Below the pieces are notes generated by a model. The model saw only the letters and a list, made by a program, of their open reading frames with translations, was not told the DNA's origin and did not search any database. Both the position numbers and the translations under genes were made by a program. Below are positions 13,772 through 25,700 of a stretch of DNA of 64,000 nucleotides, piece by piece. This stretch comes from Eledone cirrhosa (taxonomy: Eukaryota). Position 1 is the first letter of the stretch. Each line of letters starts with the position of its first letter. The stretch is taken from assembly GCA_964016885.1 (NCBI GenBank), contig OZ024740.1, positions 278,814,001-278,878,000 of the forward strand. Reading direction: 5' to 3'.

Positions 13772-14699
13772 TTTAAAAAAAACATGGTGTTTTTATTAAA
13801 TATGGATTTGAAAAGAAAAATATTTAAGAAATATGAAAGTGAGGCTGAGAAACAAACGGACGAAAAAGAAGGGTAGAAAAAAATATATAAATATATATAA
13901 AAAAAATTATCCAGAACGTAAGCAGACTCACCAAACGACGTACATATACTTAAAAGGTACGAAGACAATTACTATATATCACATAAACATATTAACATTT
14001 ACAGACAGGAACATAAATACAAACAGATACATATACATGAAGTAAAAAAAATAAATAAAGGAATAAGAACAAAAAATAAAAAAGTCCAATAAATTGTTAT
14101 AAAGAATTGTTACCATATGTTGATGTTCAGGTGGTCACAACTCCCAGACTGGAGTGTATGGAGAAGAACAGAAATCTTCTCTTGGTAAGGTTCAAGTGTT
14201 TCTTTAGGCTGCCGGTGTTCTTCTTCTTGGGTGTGAAGGAAGTGAAACAGGAGTCATCTCTTGAGAAGGTCTCAGGTATTCTTGTCTCTTCGAAGTTCAA
14301 GAGTAGAGTGTGTCTTATGGCTTGATTGTCTTCGACTATATAGTCCCCAGGGGGACGCAACTCCGTTTAGTACATGAATCTGCCGCTGGGAGTCGCGCCC
14401 GTCGCAAAGGGACGTAACTCTTATACGTGCTGAGTCACAGCCGTAAGGGACCGCTACATACGTAAACAAATGCGTGCGCGCGCACACGCACGTAGTAAAA
14501 TCATCACACGCATACAAAAAAACCTTACGTAAAGCCTTACACACAAAAAATAACCCATATATACAAAAGTATATATATAGTCGCATACTCACATATACGT
14601 AAGCACATACATTTAACCATATAAATATAATTGTTTCTACTTTTGGCACAAGACCAGCAATTAACCAGTACATTACTGGTACTTTATTTTATCGAGCCC

Positions 14700-15830
14700 T
14701 TCACACCCTTAAAGAGAAATTTCCTTGCCATAATATCGGTTTATACCGAGACGACGGTTTGGCAGTTTCTCATACCACCAACGGCCATAACCTTGATAAA
14801 TTCCGTAAAGATTTAATTAACACCTTTGCTAACCTAAACCTTAAAATTACTATAGATACGAATCTTACTAATACTAACTTCCTTGATATTAATCTTGATC
14901 TACTTACCGCCTCTTTTAAACCTTATCATAAACCTAACGAGAATTTAAGATATATACACAAAGAGTCTTGCCATCCCCCTATAGTTTTTAAAAATCTTAT
15001 TCCTAACATTAGCCGTAGGATTTCTACCTTATCTTCGTCTATAGACATGTTTAACAAAGCCGTCCCTTATTATAATAAGGCCCTCAATAACAGCGGTTTC
15101 ACCGAACATATTAAATATTTACCTACTGCTCTCTCTCTAACACTAAACACAATAATAGAAAAAGAAAAATTATTTGGTTTACACCCCACCCACCCCTTCT
15201 CTCTAACTGTTAAAACTAATGTAGAAAGAAAATTCCTCGACCTCCTAGACAAACATTTTCCCACTAATCATAGATATAATAAGATATTTAATAGAAATGT
15301 AGTCAAAATCAGTTACTCTTGCTGCCCATCAATGAAGTCTAAAATTACCAACTCTAATCGTACGAGAGTGAATCCAGGATGTAGTTGCAGGAAGCCGGAA
15401 GAATGCCCATTACAGGGTAAATGTAATACCAAATCCATTGTGTATGATTAATAACCAGCCTATCAGAAGTGAACGATATGTTGGCTTGACTCAGGAAAGA
15501 TTCAAAATCAGATATTATGCACATGTCGCTTCTTTCAAACACCCTGATAAAAGAACAGCAACGGCGCTGGCAAATAAAGTGTGGGAATTTAAAGACAAAA
15601 ACATTCCGTGTACTATTGATTGGTCTATTTTAGACCATTCAAGCGAATACCAAAGGGGCACAAATAAATGTTCTTTGTGCACCACGGAAAAATTTAGAAT
15701 TCTCCAAAACTTGAAAGCCCCTTCCACTTGCCCCAACTCTAAGACCGAGATCTTCAGATGTTGTTCGCATCTGAAATCGCATCTATTTATTAGCTGGATT
15801 AACATTCCTACGATTACTCAACCACCTTGA
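14700..15830 (+). pseudogene. Penelope-like RT C-terminus and GIY-YIG endonuclease, frameshifted
   Basis: YRDDG, NFLDINLDL, YHKPN..YIH.ESCHPP, IFNRNVVKISYSC, CSCRKPEECPLQGKC..IVY, YVGLTQERFKIRY..H..SF, CSLC..EK. Confidence 0.85.
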
Positions 15831-16320
15831 GCTTCTTCTTTACTCATCACGCCTTCCACTCACCACGAATCTTACGAACTCATACTTTCTTTCCCATATA
15901 TACTTTTTCTCCCTCATCACCTTCTATATACCTTTTTATTTTTTATTTTTTTCAGTGCCTTATAATCCCCCCCCCCCCCTACTTTCTACCTTACCTTTAA
16001 TACATACACACCCACCACATTTATACTTTACTCAGTTCACTTTTAACCAGATACTCGTATCTAGATCCCATCACAATCCTTTTACAACACTTTTTTCCCT
16101 TACCTGTTCTTAATATTGTGTTTATTTATTTATTTCAGTTTTACTCCCCTTTTGTCCTTACTTACCCACTACGTATTTTATTGTACTTATATAGGGTTGT
16201 GTGCGGGCGCTTATGCAGACAGGCTTATGTGTACATACATCTATAGGTTTTTTATTTTTTATTGTATGTGTGTGTATTTGTGTGTGTGTCTCTGTGTGTA
16301 TGTGTGCGTGTATATATATT

Positions 16321-16369
<49 letters not shown>

Positions 16370-16407
16370 GTACATATATATGTATATATGTATATATATG
16401 TAATATG

Positions 16408-16488
<81 letters not shown>

Positions 16489-16952
16489 TTGTTTATATTT
16501 ATATATGTGTATGTATTTGTATATGTTTATTATATTTTTTAACTTTGCCTTTCATCCTTACGGGGTCGATAAAATAAAGTACCAGTAATGCACTGGGTAA
16601 TTGCTGGCCTTGTGCCAAAAGTAGAAACAATTATATTTATATGGTTAAATGTATGTGCTTACGTATATGTGTGTGTATGCGGCTATACTTATACTTTGGT
16701 ATATATGGGTTATGTTTTGTGTGTAAGGCTTTACGTAAGGTTTTTTGTATGCGTGTGATGATTTTATTATGTGCGTGTGCGCGACAACGCATTTGTTTAC
16801 GTATGTACGTAGGTTATGGACCTATGCATATAGGTCAATATGGTTGTATGCATGTTTTTATATACGTATGTGTGTGTGTGGTTGTGTATGTGTATATTTA
16901 TTTTTGCAAGCATGTGTATGTGCGTATGTACGTATGATTATTATATATATAT

Positions 16953-17140
16953 GGCGGTGGATTGGCAGTATCGGTAGAGGGTCGGACGCCATGCTTTGAC
17001 GCATAGAGTTACGGCCCTTGCCATTCTGAGTTCAAATCCCGCCGAGGTTAACTTTGCCTTTCATCCTTACGGGGTCGATAAAATAAAGTACCAGTAATGC
17101 TCTGGGTAATTGCTGGCCATGTGCCAAAAGTAGAAACAAT
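16953..17140 (+). mobile_element. tRNA-derived SINE
   Basis: TGGCAGTATCGGTAGAG (A box), GAGTTCAAATCCC (B box) and the conserved central domain. Confidence 0.8.
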
Positions 17141-17171
<31 letters not shown>

Positions 17172-17696
17172 GCATATGTGTGTGTGTTTTTATACGTGTG
17201 TATGAGTATCTATGCATGTATATATATATATGTGTGTGTGTGTGTATGTATATATTTATGTATATATATTTGTATATGCACATCTCGTGTATATGTTTGT
17301 TTTTAATTTGTTTTTATCCCCCTCCCCTCTTACTTATCGTTGTCAATAAGTCTCCCTTCAGCCTTTATTTTATTTTGTATATTTTTACTCTTTATATTTT
17401 TTGTTCTTATTCATTTATTTTTTTTTTTACTTCATGTATATGTATCTGTTTGTATTTATGTTCCTGTCTGTAAACGCTAATATGTTTATGTGATATATAG
17501 TAATTGTCTTCGTACCTTTTAAGTATATGTACGTCGTTTGGTGAGTCTGCTTACGTTTTGGATTAATTTTTTTATATATATTTATACTTTTTTTTCTACC
17601 CTTCTTTTTCGTCCGTTTGTTTCTCAGTCTCTCTTTCATATTTCTTAAATATTTTTCTTTTCAAATCCATATTTAATAAAAACACCATGTTTTTTA

Positions 17697-17756
17697 TTCA
17701 TTCTGACGACTGAAAACATATAAATATCTGCTTTCAAGAAACCACTGGTAAATAAA
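17697..17756 (+). ncRNA. Type-I hammerhead ribozyme
   Basis: UUCAUU CUGACGA, stem II, GAAA CCACUGGUA AAU; same family as 6221-6278. Confidence 0.7.
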
Positions 17757-17782
17757 ATAATTATCTTATGTTGTTTATTACA

Positions 17783-17856
<74 letters not shown>

Positions 17857-17859
<3 letters not shown>

Positions 17860-18867
17860 TTAAGGATACTATTTATGGTTATGTATACAATAAAACCTTT
17901 TATGGTTATATATATTTTAAACCCTAAATAGTGAAAGACAGTAATTCATTACTATCTTATTACCAGTAAGATAAATAGCTCAATGTAATAACATCAGTTG
18001 TTTTACAGAGCAGTTATATAGAAATTATCTATGAAAATCAGCTAGTTACCTCCCCTTACGCATTAACTCCCCTTAGTCACACACACACACTTCCGGAATA
18101 TAATACAATGTCATCTCTCACAACAAAAACAACCTGATCTATGAATCATATTTTGTCGTTTCTTAATTTGATCTATGAATTAAATTAAGAAACGACAAAA
18201 TATGATTTATAACATGGTTCTCCAGACACCCAATGCTGAATCATCGTGGATTGTGTGATAGACATGTAGTCTATATATTGCGTTTCCTGGATTGTGTGAG
18301 TGGTGGTGGGTGCGAGGACAGTGGTGCTGGTTTGCTTCTCTTTTATAATATTTTGGATATTTTTGGATATTTTTGGTGTTTCTCTACAAACGGGATTATA
18401 TATCGTACAGGTGTATGTGAAAAAATGCTTTAACAATACGGCCCCCATGATACTATTGATTGCCTGCTTTAACTGCTTGTTTTTACATGTAACAATCTGC
18501 CGCACTATAATCCTGTATAAATAAGACACGCGTGCATGCCACACGTGAGACTGTTTCATACACTGACTACTCTAAACTTTCCTCTTGCTTTATCTTCATA
18601 AACTGCCAATGTTTTATTTTTATTTTTATTTTAATTTTAACTTTAATTTTGTTCTTTAACCCTTATATGAAAATTGCCATGCTATATCATTATGATGGAT
18701 GTCAACCCACTGTGGGTCAATATATACATATGTTTTTATATGTCTCTTGTGTTGAAAAGGAGGTCAAGTATGTTATAAATCACTAAATAGTTGCTCCGAA
18801 GAATCCAAACCTCGGTTTGGAGGAAACAATTGTAAGCAAATAAATGATTTAAACTGAACTTTGATTA

Positions 18868-18872
<5 letters not shown>
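17857..18872 (+). mobile_element. Penelope-like terminal region with short inversion junction at 18140-18212
   Basis: Shares sequence with 5604-5948; ATCATATTTTGTCGTTTCTTAATTT...AAATTAAGAAACGACAAAATATGAT inverted repeat. Confidence 0.55.
18791..18839 (+). ncRNA. Minimal hammerhead ribozyme (CCGAAGA core, longer stem II)
   Basis: UUGCU CCGAAGA A UCCAAACC-UC-GGUUUGGA G GAAA CAAUUGUA AGCAA. Confidence 0.75.
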
Positions 18873-18909
<37 letters not shown>

Positions 18910-18978
18910 ATAGTTGGTCATCAAGTATGAAATTTGTAGAAAATTGTTTTTCAAATTTCATACTTGATATATATATAT

Positions 18979-19192
18979 ATCCAGGAAAAACTTGAACCGT
19001 TGAGAGCTCCTTCTTGGATATGTCAATATTTATAAAACAAACTTTGTATTTCATCTGATGAGAGCATACCACAGCTTAATATATATATAATAGAATAAAT
19101 ATGGTTTTATAAATATAGTTTCCATTTATTAATATCATTGATATTATACTCTAGAAAACTTGTCGAGTGCTTCGAATCAGTTATAAATATAT
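18979..19192 (+). mobile_element. Solo Penelope-like terminal repeat with defective hammerhead
   Basis: Homologous to 46458-46680; CTGATGA is kept at 19055 but the 3' strand of stem II and GAAA are lost. Confidence 0.7.
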
Positions 19193-19193
19193 A

Positions 19194-19236
<43 letters not shown>

Positions 19237-20387
19237 GTTGTTATTCCTTGAATCTCAGCCATTGATGTTGGTTAACTGGAAAGTCCGTTGGATTGAATAT
19301 CAAGCCACTACCTGCAGCCTCAGATATTCAGGACGTATCGGAGGGTTCTTGCTGTTCCAAGCAAGCATGCCTTTTGAAGCGTTCCAAAAAGCGTGAAGGG
19401 GCCGATTTTCTTTAACCATCCCTGGAAACTTTTGGAGATAGTCCCCAGTGCGCCTATGACAATCGGGATCACTTTGACTTCATGGCAGTTCCAAATCCTT
19501 TTCACCTCCCACTTTAGGTCCTGGTATCGGTTAATTTTCTCCCTCTCCTTCTCTTGCACTCTCGTGTCGAATGGGCAGGCCACATCCACAATCAGACACG
19601 ATCTTTTTTCTTTGTCCACAACCACCAGGTCAGGTCTATTGTGTTCCAGTTTCTTGTCCGTCTGTATCCTAAAATCCCACAGCACCTTCACCTGATTGTT
19701 CTCCATCACCGCCTCTGGCCTATGCTCATACCATTTCTCAGAATGTGGTAAATTGTTTACTTTGCACAGGTGCCAGTGGATCACCCTGCCCATCACATCG
19801 TGTCTCCAGCCCTTATAGTGGGTCTGGGCTAGGTGTTTACACTCGGACACAATGTGAACCACAGTCTCCTCTCTCTCTCCACAGATCCTGCACAGTGGGC
19901 TAGCCTCCTCCTTGTAAATATGGTGCTTCAACCACTTCGTTTTGAGGGCCTGCTCCTGCGCAGCCATTAGCATTCCTTCTGTAGCCTTTTTGAGGTCTCC
20001 TCTTCTCAACCAGTTCCATGTCTGTGGATCTGTAAATTCAGTTTTCTCAAAGAAGGTACTATGAAGGGATTTTCCCTTAAGGCTGCTCTTCCTCCTTGAT
20101 GTTATTTCCTCCTTGGGCATCCCCTGGCCTACTGTCCCCTCCTTCAGTACAGTTCTGAGCATTGGCTCCTTACTATAGGTCACGTATTTGTATAGGTTGT
20201 TTTTCTCCATCTGAACACAGTCCTCTATGCTGATAAGACCTCTTCCACCCTCAGATCTCCTTAGGTAGAGTCTATCGACATCACTCCTCTTGTGGAACAT
20301 GTTGTAGATAGTCAATAGCTTCCTAGTCTTCCTATCCATTTCTTTTTGTTCAGCAACATTCCATCTCAGAATTCCCGCACTGTACCT
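19237..20387 (-). mobile_element. 5'-truncated R4/Dong-type RLE retrotransposon (family 1) in (TAA)n
   Basis: Open ORF end with LYLRRSEGGRGL, AAQEQAL, CRICGEREETVVHIVSEC, RHD, HNRPDLVV..IVDVACP..EKINRY; short 3' UTR running into (TAA)n at 19194-19236. Confidence 0.9.
19320..20387 (-). CDS. C-terminal part of RLE retrotransposon protein (thumb, CCHC, PD-(D/E)xK endonuclease), 5'-truncated
   Basis: Uninterrupted frame; the apparent N-terminal MAFNNNN comes from the microsatellite. Confidence 0.8.
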   Translation of the reverse strand, partial: RYSAGILRWNVAEQKEMDRKTRKLLTIYNMFHKRSDVDRLYLRRSEGGRGLISIEDCVQMEKNNLYKYVTYSKEPMLRTVLKEGTVGQGMPKEEITSRRKSSLKGKSLHSTFFEKTEFTDPQTWNWLRRGDLKKATEGMLMAAQEQALKTKWLKHHIYKEEASPLCRICGEREETVVHIVSECKHLAQTHYKGWRHDVMGRVIHWHLCKVNNLPHSEKWYEHRPEAVMENNQVKVLWDFRIQTDKKLEHNRPDLVVVDKEKRSCLIVDVACPFDTRVQEKEREKINRYQDLKWEVKRIWNCHEVKVIPIVIGALGTISKSFQGWLKKIGPFTLFGTLQKACLLGTARTLRYVLNI

Positions 20388-20407
20388 AATTATTATAATA
20401 GAATAAA

Positions 20408-20447
<40 letters not shown>

Positions 20448-20660
20448 GAATGCCATGGTTGACGGAGGCTCGGCTCTGTAAGGTATAGTAATTTTTAACC
20501 GTTAAAACAATTGTAAATTGTTTAAAACTTGAACCAAATTGTTGATAAAGACACCCTCCTCCTCGTGAGAGGGGTCTTTCTGTCCGTTATTTGGCCCTTC
20601 GGGGTTAAATAACCAGTTATTGGGGTTTTGTACCCAAAATTTCATTTTAAACAAAAAAAC

Positions 20661-21671
20661 ATGGCTACGAAAAAGAAATTTCATACGTCACTCCCACTCA
20701 TTCCGTCTTCTTCTTCCTCAATCATCACTACAGCAGAGAGAAGATTGTCTCTCTCCCTCCCTTCTTTAAATGTGTCTCTCTCCCTCCCTTCTCTTTCGCA
20801 AGCGACGAAAGAAAAGAAAAGTCTCGTGCAAAGCGTGCAAGGTTTCTCCACGACGACGACGACAGCGACGAAACAGGTGTGCGGGAAATACGAAAACCCA
20901 GTTCATTCGTCTGACGTCAGGAATAATAGCAGTAGCAGCCGTAATAACAACAGCAACAGTGACAATGAAAACAACAGTAGCAGCCGCAACAGCATCACCA
21001 GCAGCATAAACAACAACAGCATTAGCAGCAGCAACACCAACAACAACCACAGCAACAGCGGCGGAGGCAGTAGTCGTAGTACCTGCAGCAACAACAAAAG
21101 TACCAGCAGCTCTGACGACAACAACAACAGCAGAGAAAAACCAATCTCATTTGCAGGTATTGCGAAAAACTTGGAAACAATCCTCATAACAAATGAGGAA
21201 TTAGAGGAAGCGAAGAAGATGGTGACAAAGAACGGACACCGAGCAATCTGCAAGGCAGCGAAAAACTTTTTCGAAACCCAAGAGCACTGTACGGTCACGT
21301 ACCGTACAGTAAGTACAAAATCTCGTAGGGTGGAAAGAGCCACAGAGGCCCAAATACAAAAAGCCTTGGGGTCTGTGTGGCAGAGGAAAACGCACATCAC
21401 CCGAGGCAAAAAATACGCCACCGTAGACGTACTTTTTGCCACACCCCAGGAGGCAAAGGCCCAATCAGTAGTGACCCTAAGGAGCGAGGAAATGGTGATG
21501 GTGCCCTCCTACTGCGGGCAAAAAATTGTGAGGGTCAAACTGACCCACGTCCCCCCCCGGAATGACCCCTTCTTGGCTGGCCGCGTCTGTCCTCGTCGGA
21601 ATCGAGGACAAAACAACTGTACTGCAAGTACAGAAAAAAGTAAGAGAAGATTGGGTCGGCTCCTCCATTGA
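20661..21671 (+). CDS. Tx1 ORF1, N-terminal half (ORF1a; S/N-rich region and RRM-like segment)
   Basis: ATG at 20661; ISFAGIAK motif; YATVDVLF..VRVKLTHVPP; continues in the +1 frame into ORF1b at the C8 run. Confidence 0.75.
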   Translation: MATKKKFHTSLPLIPSSSSSIITTAERRLSLSLPSLNVSLSLPSLSQATKEKKSLVQSVQGFSTTTTTATKQVCGKYENPVHSSDVRNNSSSSRNNNSNSDNENNSSSRNSITSSINNNSISSSNTNNNHSNSGGGSSRSTCSNNKSTSSSDDNNNSREKPISFAGIAKNLETILITNEELEEAKKMVTKNGHRAICKAAKNFFETQEHCTVTYRTVSTKSRRVERATEAQIQKALGSVWQRKTHITRGKKYATVDVLFATPQEAKAQSVVTLRSEEMVMVPSYCGQKIVRVKLTHVPPRNDPFLAGRVCPRRNRGQNNCTASTEKSKRRLGRLLH

Positions 21672-22758
21672 GATGCTAATCCAAACCAACCAGGAGTGCA
21701 TCGAAGCTATCCCGGATGTGATAGACTTCGATAACGGCACTCAACTGCCCATAAGTGTTGAGGGCAAACGCCCGAAATGCTTTCGCTGTGGATCGAAGAC
21801 TCACCTCAGGGCCTTCTGCAACGAGAAGACCCTGAGAAAGGAGAAAACCCCACTCCTTCCGAATCCGGCTCCACGGCTACCAGCAACAGGACAAGCGGCA
21901 ACCAGGAACGATAGGTCCGTGGCACCCATACCCACTCCACGGAAATCAAAGACAGCAGCAGCAGTTGAAATATTAACAACAACAACAGCAATACCAAATG
22001 CAGCTGCAACAGAGACTCCAGTACAAACATCACCAACAACAACAAGTGAAAGAGTGGAGCTGGTACCCCTCCCCGACCTTACAGAATCAGACATGGAGTG
22101 TGAGGTGGGAGAGGGATGGCAAAAGGTTGCAAGAAGGCACAAACGCAGAAGCAGCGCATCGTCGCCTTTGAAAAGGGAGGAAAGAAATGAGAAAAGGGTA
22201 AAGTCTACTGCAAAGAGACCCACAGCAGCAACACCACCAACACCATCACCACCCACACCAGCACCACCATCACCACCGGCGACAACCCCACCGCCAACAA
22301 CACCTTCAACACCACCACCACAAGCACCAACATCGCAAACACAACAACAAAACACACACACCCAGCAACAACGACAAGAAAATAGCAGAACCACACCCCA
22401 CCCCCAGAAAAACAAATGCACGGCAATAAACACACACAACAAGAAACTAATGACTTACATAATTGAACACACAGACATTTCACAACAGGACTACATAATA
22501 CCAGCACCAATCAAAACGCCAACTAACATAAGACTGCTAAAAATAGCACAGAAACAATACACAAACATTAAAACGAAATTCCCCAACGCAGTTGGTGATT
22601 TCAGGGACCTAGGAGGAACCATTAATCGAAGAGTATATTCAGACATTCTCTTAGAAGAGCCGACGACCAGCCGAAGGGACGATTCAACGGTCCCTTCACC
22701 AGACGATCAAGTGAAAAGGGATGTAAAAACCATCCCTCCTCTACCAAAAGTACGGTAA
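21562..22758 (+). CDS. Tx1 ORF1, C-terminal half (ORF1b; zinc knuckle, P/T-rich)
   Basis: VEGKRPKCFRCGSKTHLRAFC zinc knuckle and GWQKVARR motif, typical of Tx1 ORF1. Confidence 0.85.
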   Translation: MTPSWLAASVLVGIEDKTTVLQVQKKVREDWVGSSIEMLIQTNQECIEAIPDVIDFDNGTQLPISVEGKRPKCFRCGSKTHLRAFCNEKTLRKEKTPLLPNPAPRLPATGQAATRNDRSVAPIPTPRKSKTAAAVEILTTTTAIPNAAATETPVQTSPTTTSERVELVPLPDLTESDMECEVGEGWQKVARRHKRRSSASSPLKREERNEKRVKSTAKRPTAATPPTPSPPTPAPPSPPATTPPPTTPSTPPPQAPTSQTQQQNTHTQQQRQENSRTTPHPQKNKCTAINTHNKKLMTYIIEHTDISQQDYIIPAPIKTPTNIRLLKIAQKQYTNIKTKFPNAVGDFRDLGGTINRRVYSDILLEEPTTSRRDDSTVPSPDDQVKRDVKTIPPLPKVR

Positions 22759-22793
22759 GTGGTCTTTCCCATCTTTTCCACTCTATTTTAAAC

Positions 22794-25700
22794 ATGACCT
22801 CACTCAGAATAGGCAGCATAAATGCGCGTGGCTTGGGGTCGTCATGGAAGCAGGGTCACCTGCTCAACGACCTCAGGTCACTAAACATAGATGTAGTGGC
22901 CATCAGCGAGACCAGAATCTCCGAAGCACGGGCCTTCGCACCGATCTTCGGCGGCTACGATGTGTACGCATCTCCCAGCCGTCCTGGATCGGGTGGAGGA
23001 GTTGCTGTGCTTTTTCGGAGAGGTTTGGATCTCGCCATACGGGCCATCTTCCTGGACCCAGAGGGTAAGCTGGTGGTGCTGGACGTGACCAGCGGAGACG
23101 GGCAAGCTTTCAGGCTAGTGGCCGTCTATGCCCCGACAGGAGCAGGGCGGCCTGATTTCTTCCGGCGTCTGGAGACCTTTCTTGGAACGTCCCGCTCTTT
23201 AGTGTTAGTGGGCGACTGGAACGGGATCTTAGATGCACGCTGGGACTGTGTGGGATTAGCGGATAGGGGTGGAGGGTGCAAGAGCCTCACCAACCTGCTC
23301 AGGCGTTTTGAACTGTCTGACAGGTACCGATTGGATTTCCCGAATGTGCCAATGTGGACTTGGACAAACCGCATAGGGTCATCCAGATCATATCTAGATA
23401 GAGTATTTTGTAGGGAAATAGATAGGTCTAGCATAGGCTGTCCACAATTCAAGATAGTCAGCTACACGGACCACAAATTCGTGATCTGTGTGCTTGACTT
23501 AGATAGGCTTCATAGACGAGGACCCGGCTACTGGAAGCTAAACGCGTCCTTACCAGCGCGCAAGGCCTACAGAGACCGGATTAGCGAACTAGTTAAGCGG
23601 GCGTTGACGGGGGCCATCGTCAACAACAAGTGGTGGTTTGCTCTGAAAAGAGCGATTAGAATAGAATCGATTAGGTTTAGTAAGGCTTTAGCAATAGAGA
23701 AAAATAGAGCAGAGGGAGAACTAGTTAGAAAATTAGACGAGGCGCTTAGCAAAGGCATTGCGACCGACGTGCTTGCGGCGAAATTGGCCCTTGACCAATT
23801 CTTCAATGCAAAGCACGAAGGCTGCGTTGTCAGAGCTAGGGTGCGTGCTCTCAGACACGAGGGGACGAAAGCCGTTCAATGGGCCCGAGTGGCGGAGGCG
23901 CGTCGTGGCAACAAAGCCACGATCCGGTCTTTGGTGGACCACGACGGGCGCATGCTACTCGATCCCGGGCAAATGTGTGAAGCTTTTCAGCGACACTTCG
24001 CTCAGCTGTTCGGGGGCAGCGGGGGGCCGGGTAGAGGGATGGACTTTAGTGTCTACCTCGACGGACTGCCGCGGCTCTCGGCCACTGAGGCGAAGTGTTG
24101 CGAAAAGCCGATAACAGCCGCTGAAGTACGGGAGGCAATGACTGGCTGCACAAGGGGTAAATCGCCTGGTTTGGATGGTCTGCCCTATGAACTTTACGTA
24201 CAGATGCCAGACTTGTTCGGAGGCCTCTTGGCGGACGTCTACTGCAACTGGCAACAGAACGGGAGAATTCCCAGTTCTGTGAGCCGAGGAGCGGTGGCAC
24301 TGCTGAGAAAGGATCCGAACAAGGGGGATAACATAGACAATTTCCGGCCCATAACTCTGCTAAACACAGAGTTTAAGATTTTGGCCAAGGTGCTAGCAAA
24401 GAGGTTGGCGCTTGTCGTTGGTGGTCTGGTGGGAGAGGCGCAGACATGCGCCATTCCCGACAGATCCATCCACGACAACCTCCACCTCATGCGATACATC
24501 GTAGAGAGGGTAGCTAGGGAACCTGGCACGGGTGGGTCCTTGATCAATTTAGATCAGTCGAAAGCTTTCGATAGGGTCGACCATCGTTACCTAGCGGCAG
24601 TCCTGAGGGCGGCTGGCTTTGGGCCCGTCTTCAGAGGCTGGATCGCTGCCATGCACAGCGACATCTGCTCTGTGGTGAGAGTGAACGGTCACCTGTCGGA
24701 ACCGTTCAACATCATGCGCTCGGTCCGCCAAGGATGTCCCCTCTCGTCCCTCTTGTACGTATTGACTCTCGAGCCATTACTGCACAAACTGGAGACGTTG
24801 AGGGGAGTCCCGCGCGAACTAGGATGCGGAAGATCCGTGTCAGCATATGCGGACGATGTCACCGTAGTGGTGTCGAACGCCAAACACATCGAGGCGATCG
24901 GCACTACACTAAGAGAATACGAAGCGGTGACAGGAGCAATGATCAACCAGGAAAAGTCAGTGGGCCTGCAGCTCGGCACCTGGAGAGGCAGGTCCATGCC
25001 GTCCAACAGCGTCGTCGGGCGCTGGACGGACGGACCGGTTAAATTGCTAGGGGTCTGGTTCGGTCCGGACCTCCAGACGGACAAAAACTGGGACGAGGTG
25101 ACGAGCAGGGTGGCTTCTCTCACCCAGAAATGGGCGGAGAGGAAGCTATCCCTGAAAGGTCGAGCGGAGGTGGCTAACGCGTACATCGCGTCTGTCATCT
25201 GCTACCGCCTAACCGTCGTACCTTGTCCTAAGCCTCGCCTGACTGCGCTGGAGCGTTTGCTCTTTCGCTTTTTGTGGAAGGGACGTGCTCCGATGGTCAG
25301 GCGGTCCATCTGTTGTCAACACCCGCTACGTGGAGGGCTGGGCATGCCGTGGCTGATGATGCGCAGGCACGCGCTCAGGCTACGACATCTCCACCTCTTC
25401 CTCGACGGTGATCAGGTGTGGTCGCCGTTTGCTAGACGCGTTTTTCCCCAGCTCGTTTCCTTGACGGAGCTGCAGTCCTGGGTCAAGCGAAGACCGAGAG
25501 GGAGCGCCTGGAGACTGGAATGTCTTCAGGCGCTCACAGCCCTCGACCAATCGGGCAATGTGATCGGTGGAAACTCCACCTCGGCGTTCTATAGAGGATT
25601 AGTGGAGGGGAAGAGCGACGACGTACTTGGGGAAACTCTAGGCGTCGACGAAAATCAACTAGCCAATCTCTTCGGAAGAACTTTCGGGCCAGGGCCTATG

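Larger units (their letters stand above)
13617..17790 (+). mobile_element. 5'-truncated Penelope-like element with inverted copy of its 3' region
   Basis: ORF remnants at 14700-15830 (RT thumb plus GIY-YIG). 13680-14090 is an inverted copy of 17340-17790 and 14455-14692 of 16565-16808; both outer arms carry hammerheads. Confidence 0.8.

Noticed and set aside
16953-17050. tRNA genes at SINE heads
   Set aside because: A/B boxes are present but there is no cloverleaf; each continues into a SINE body
20388-20456. N-terminal MAFNNNN start of the 378-aa minus-strand ORF
   Set aside because: It is formed by the ATT tract and the antisense of the Tx1 5' end, not by the R4 element
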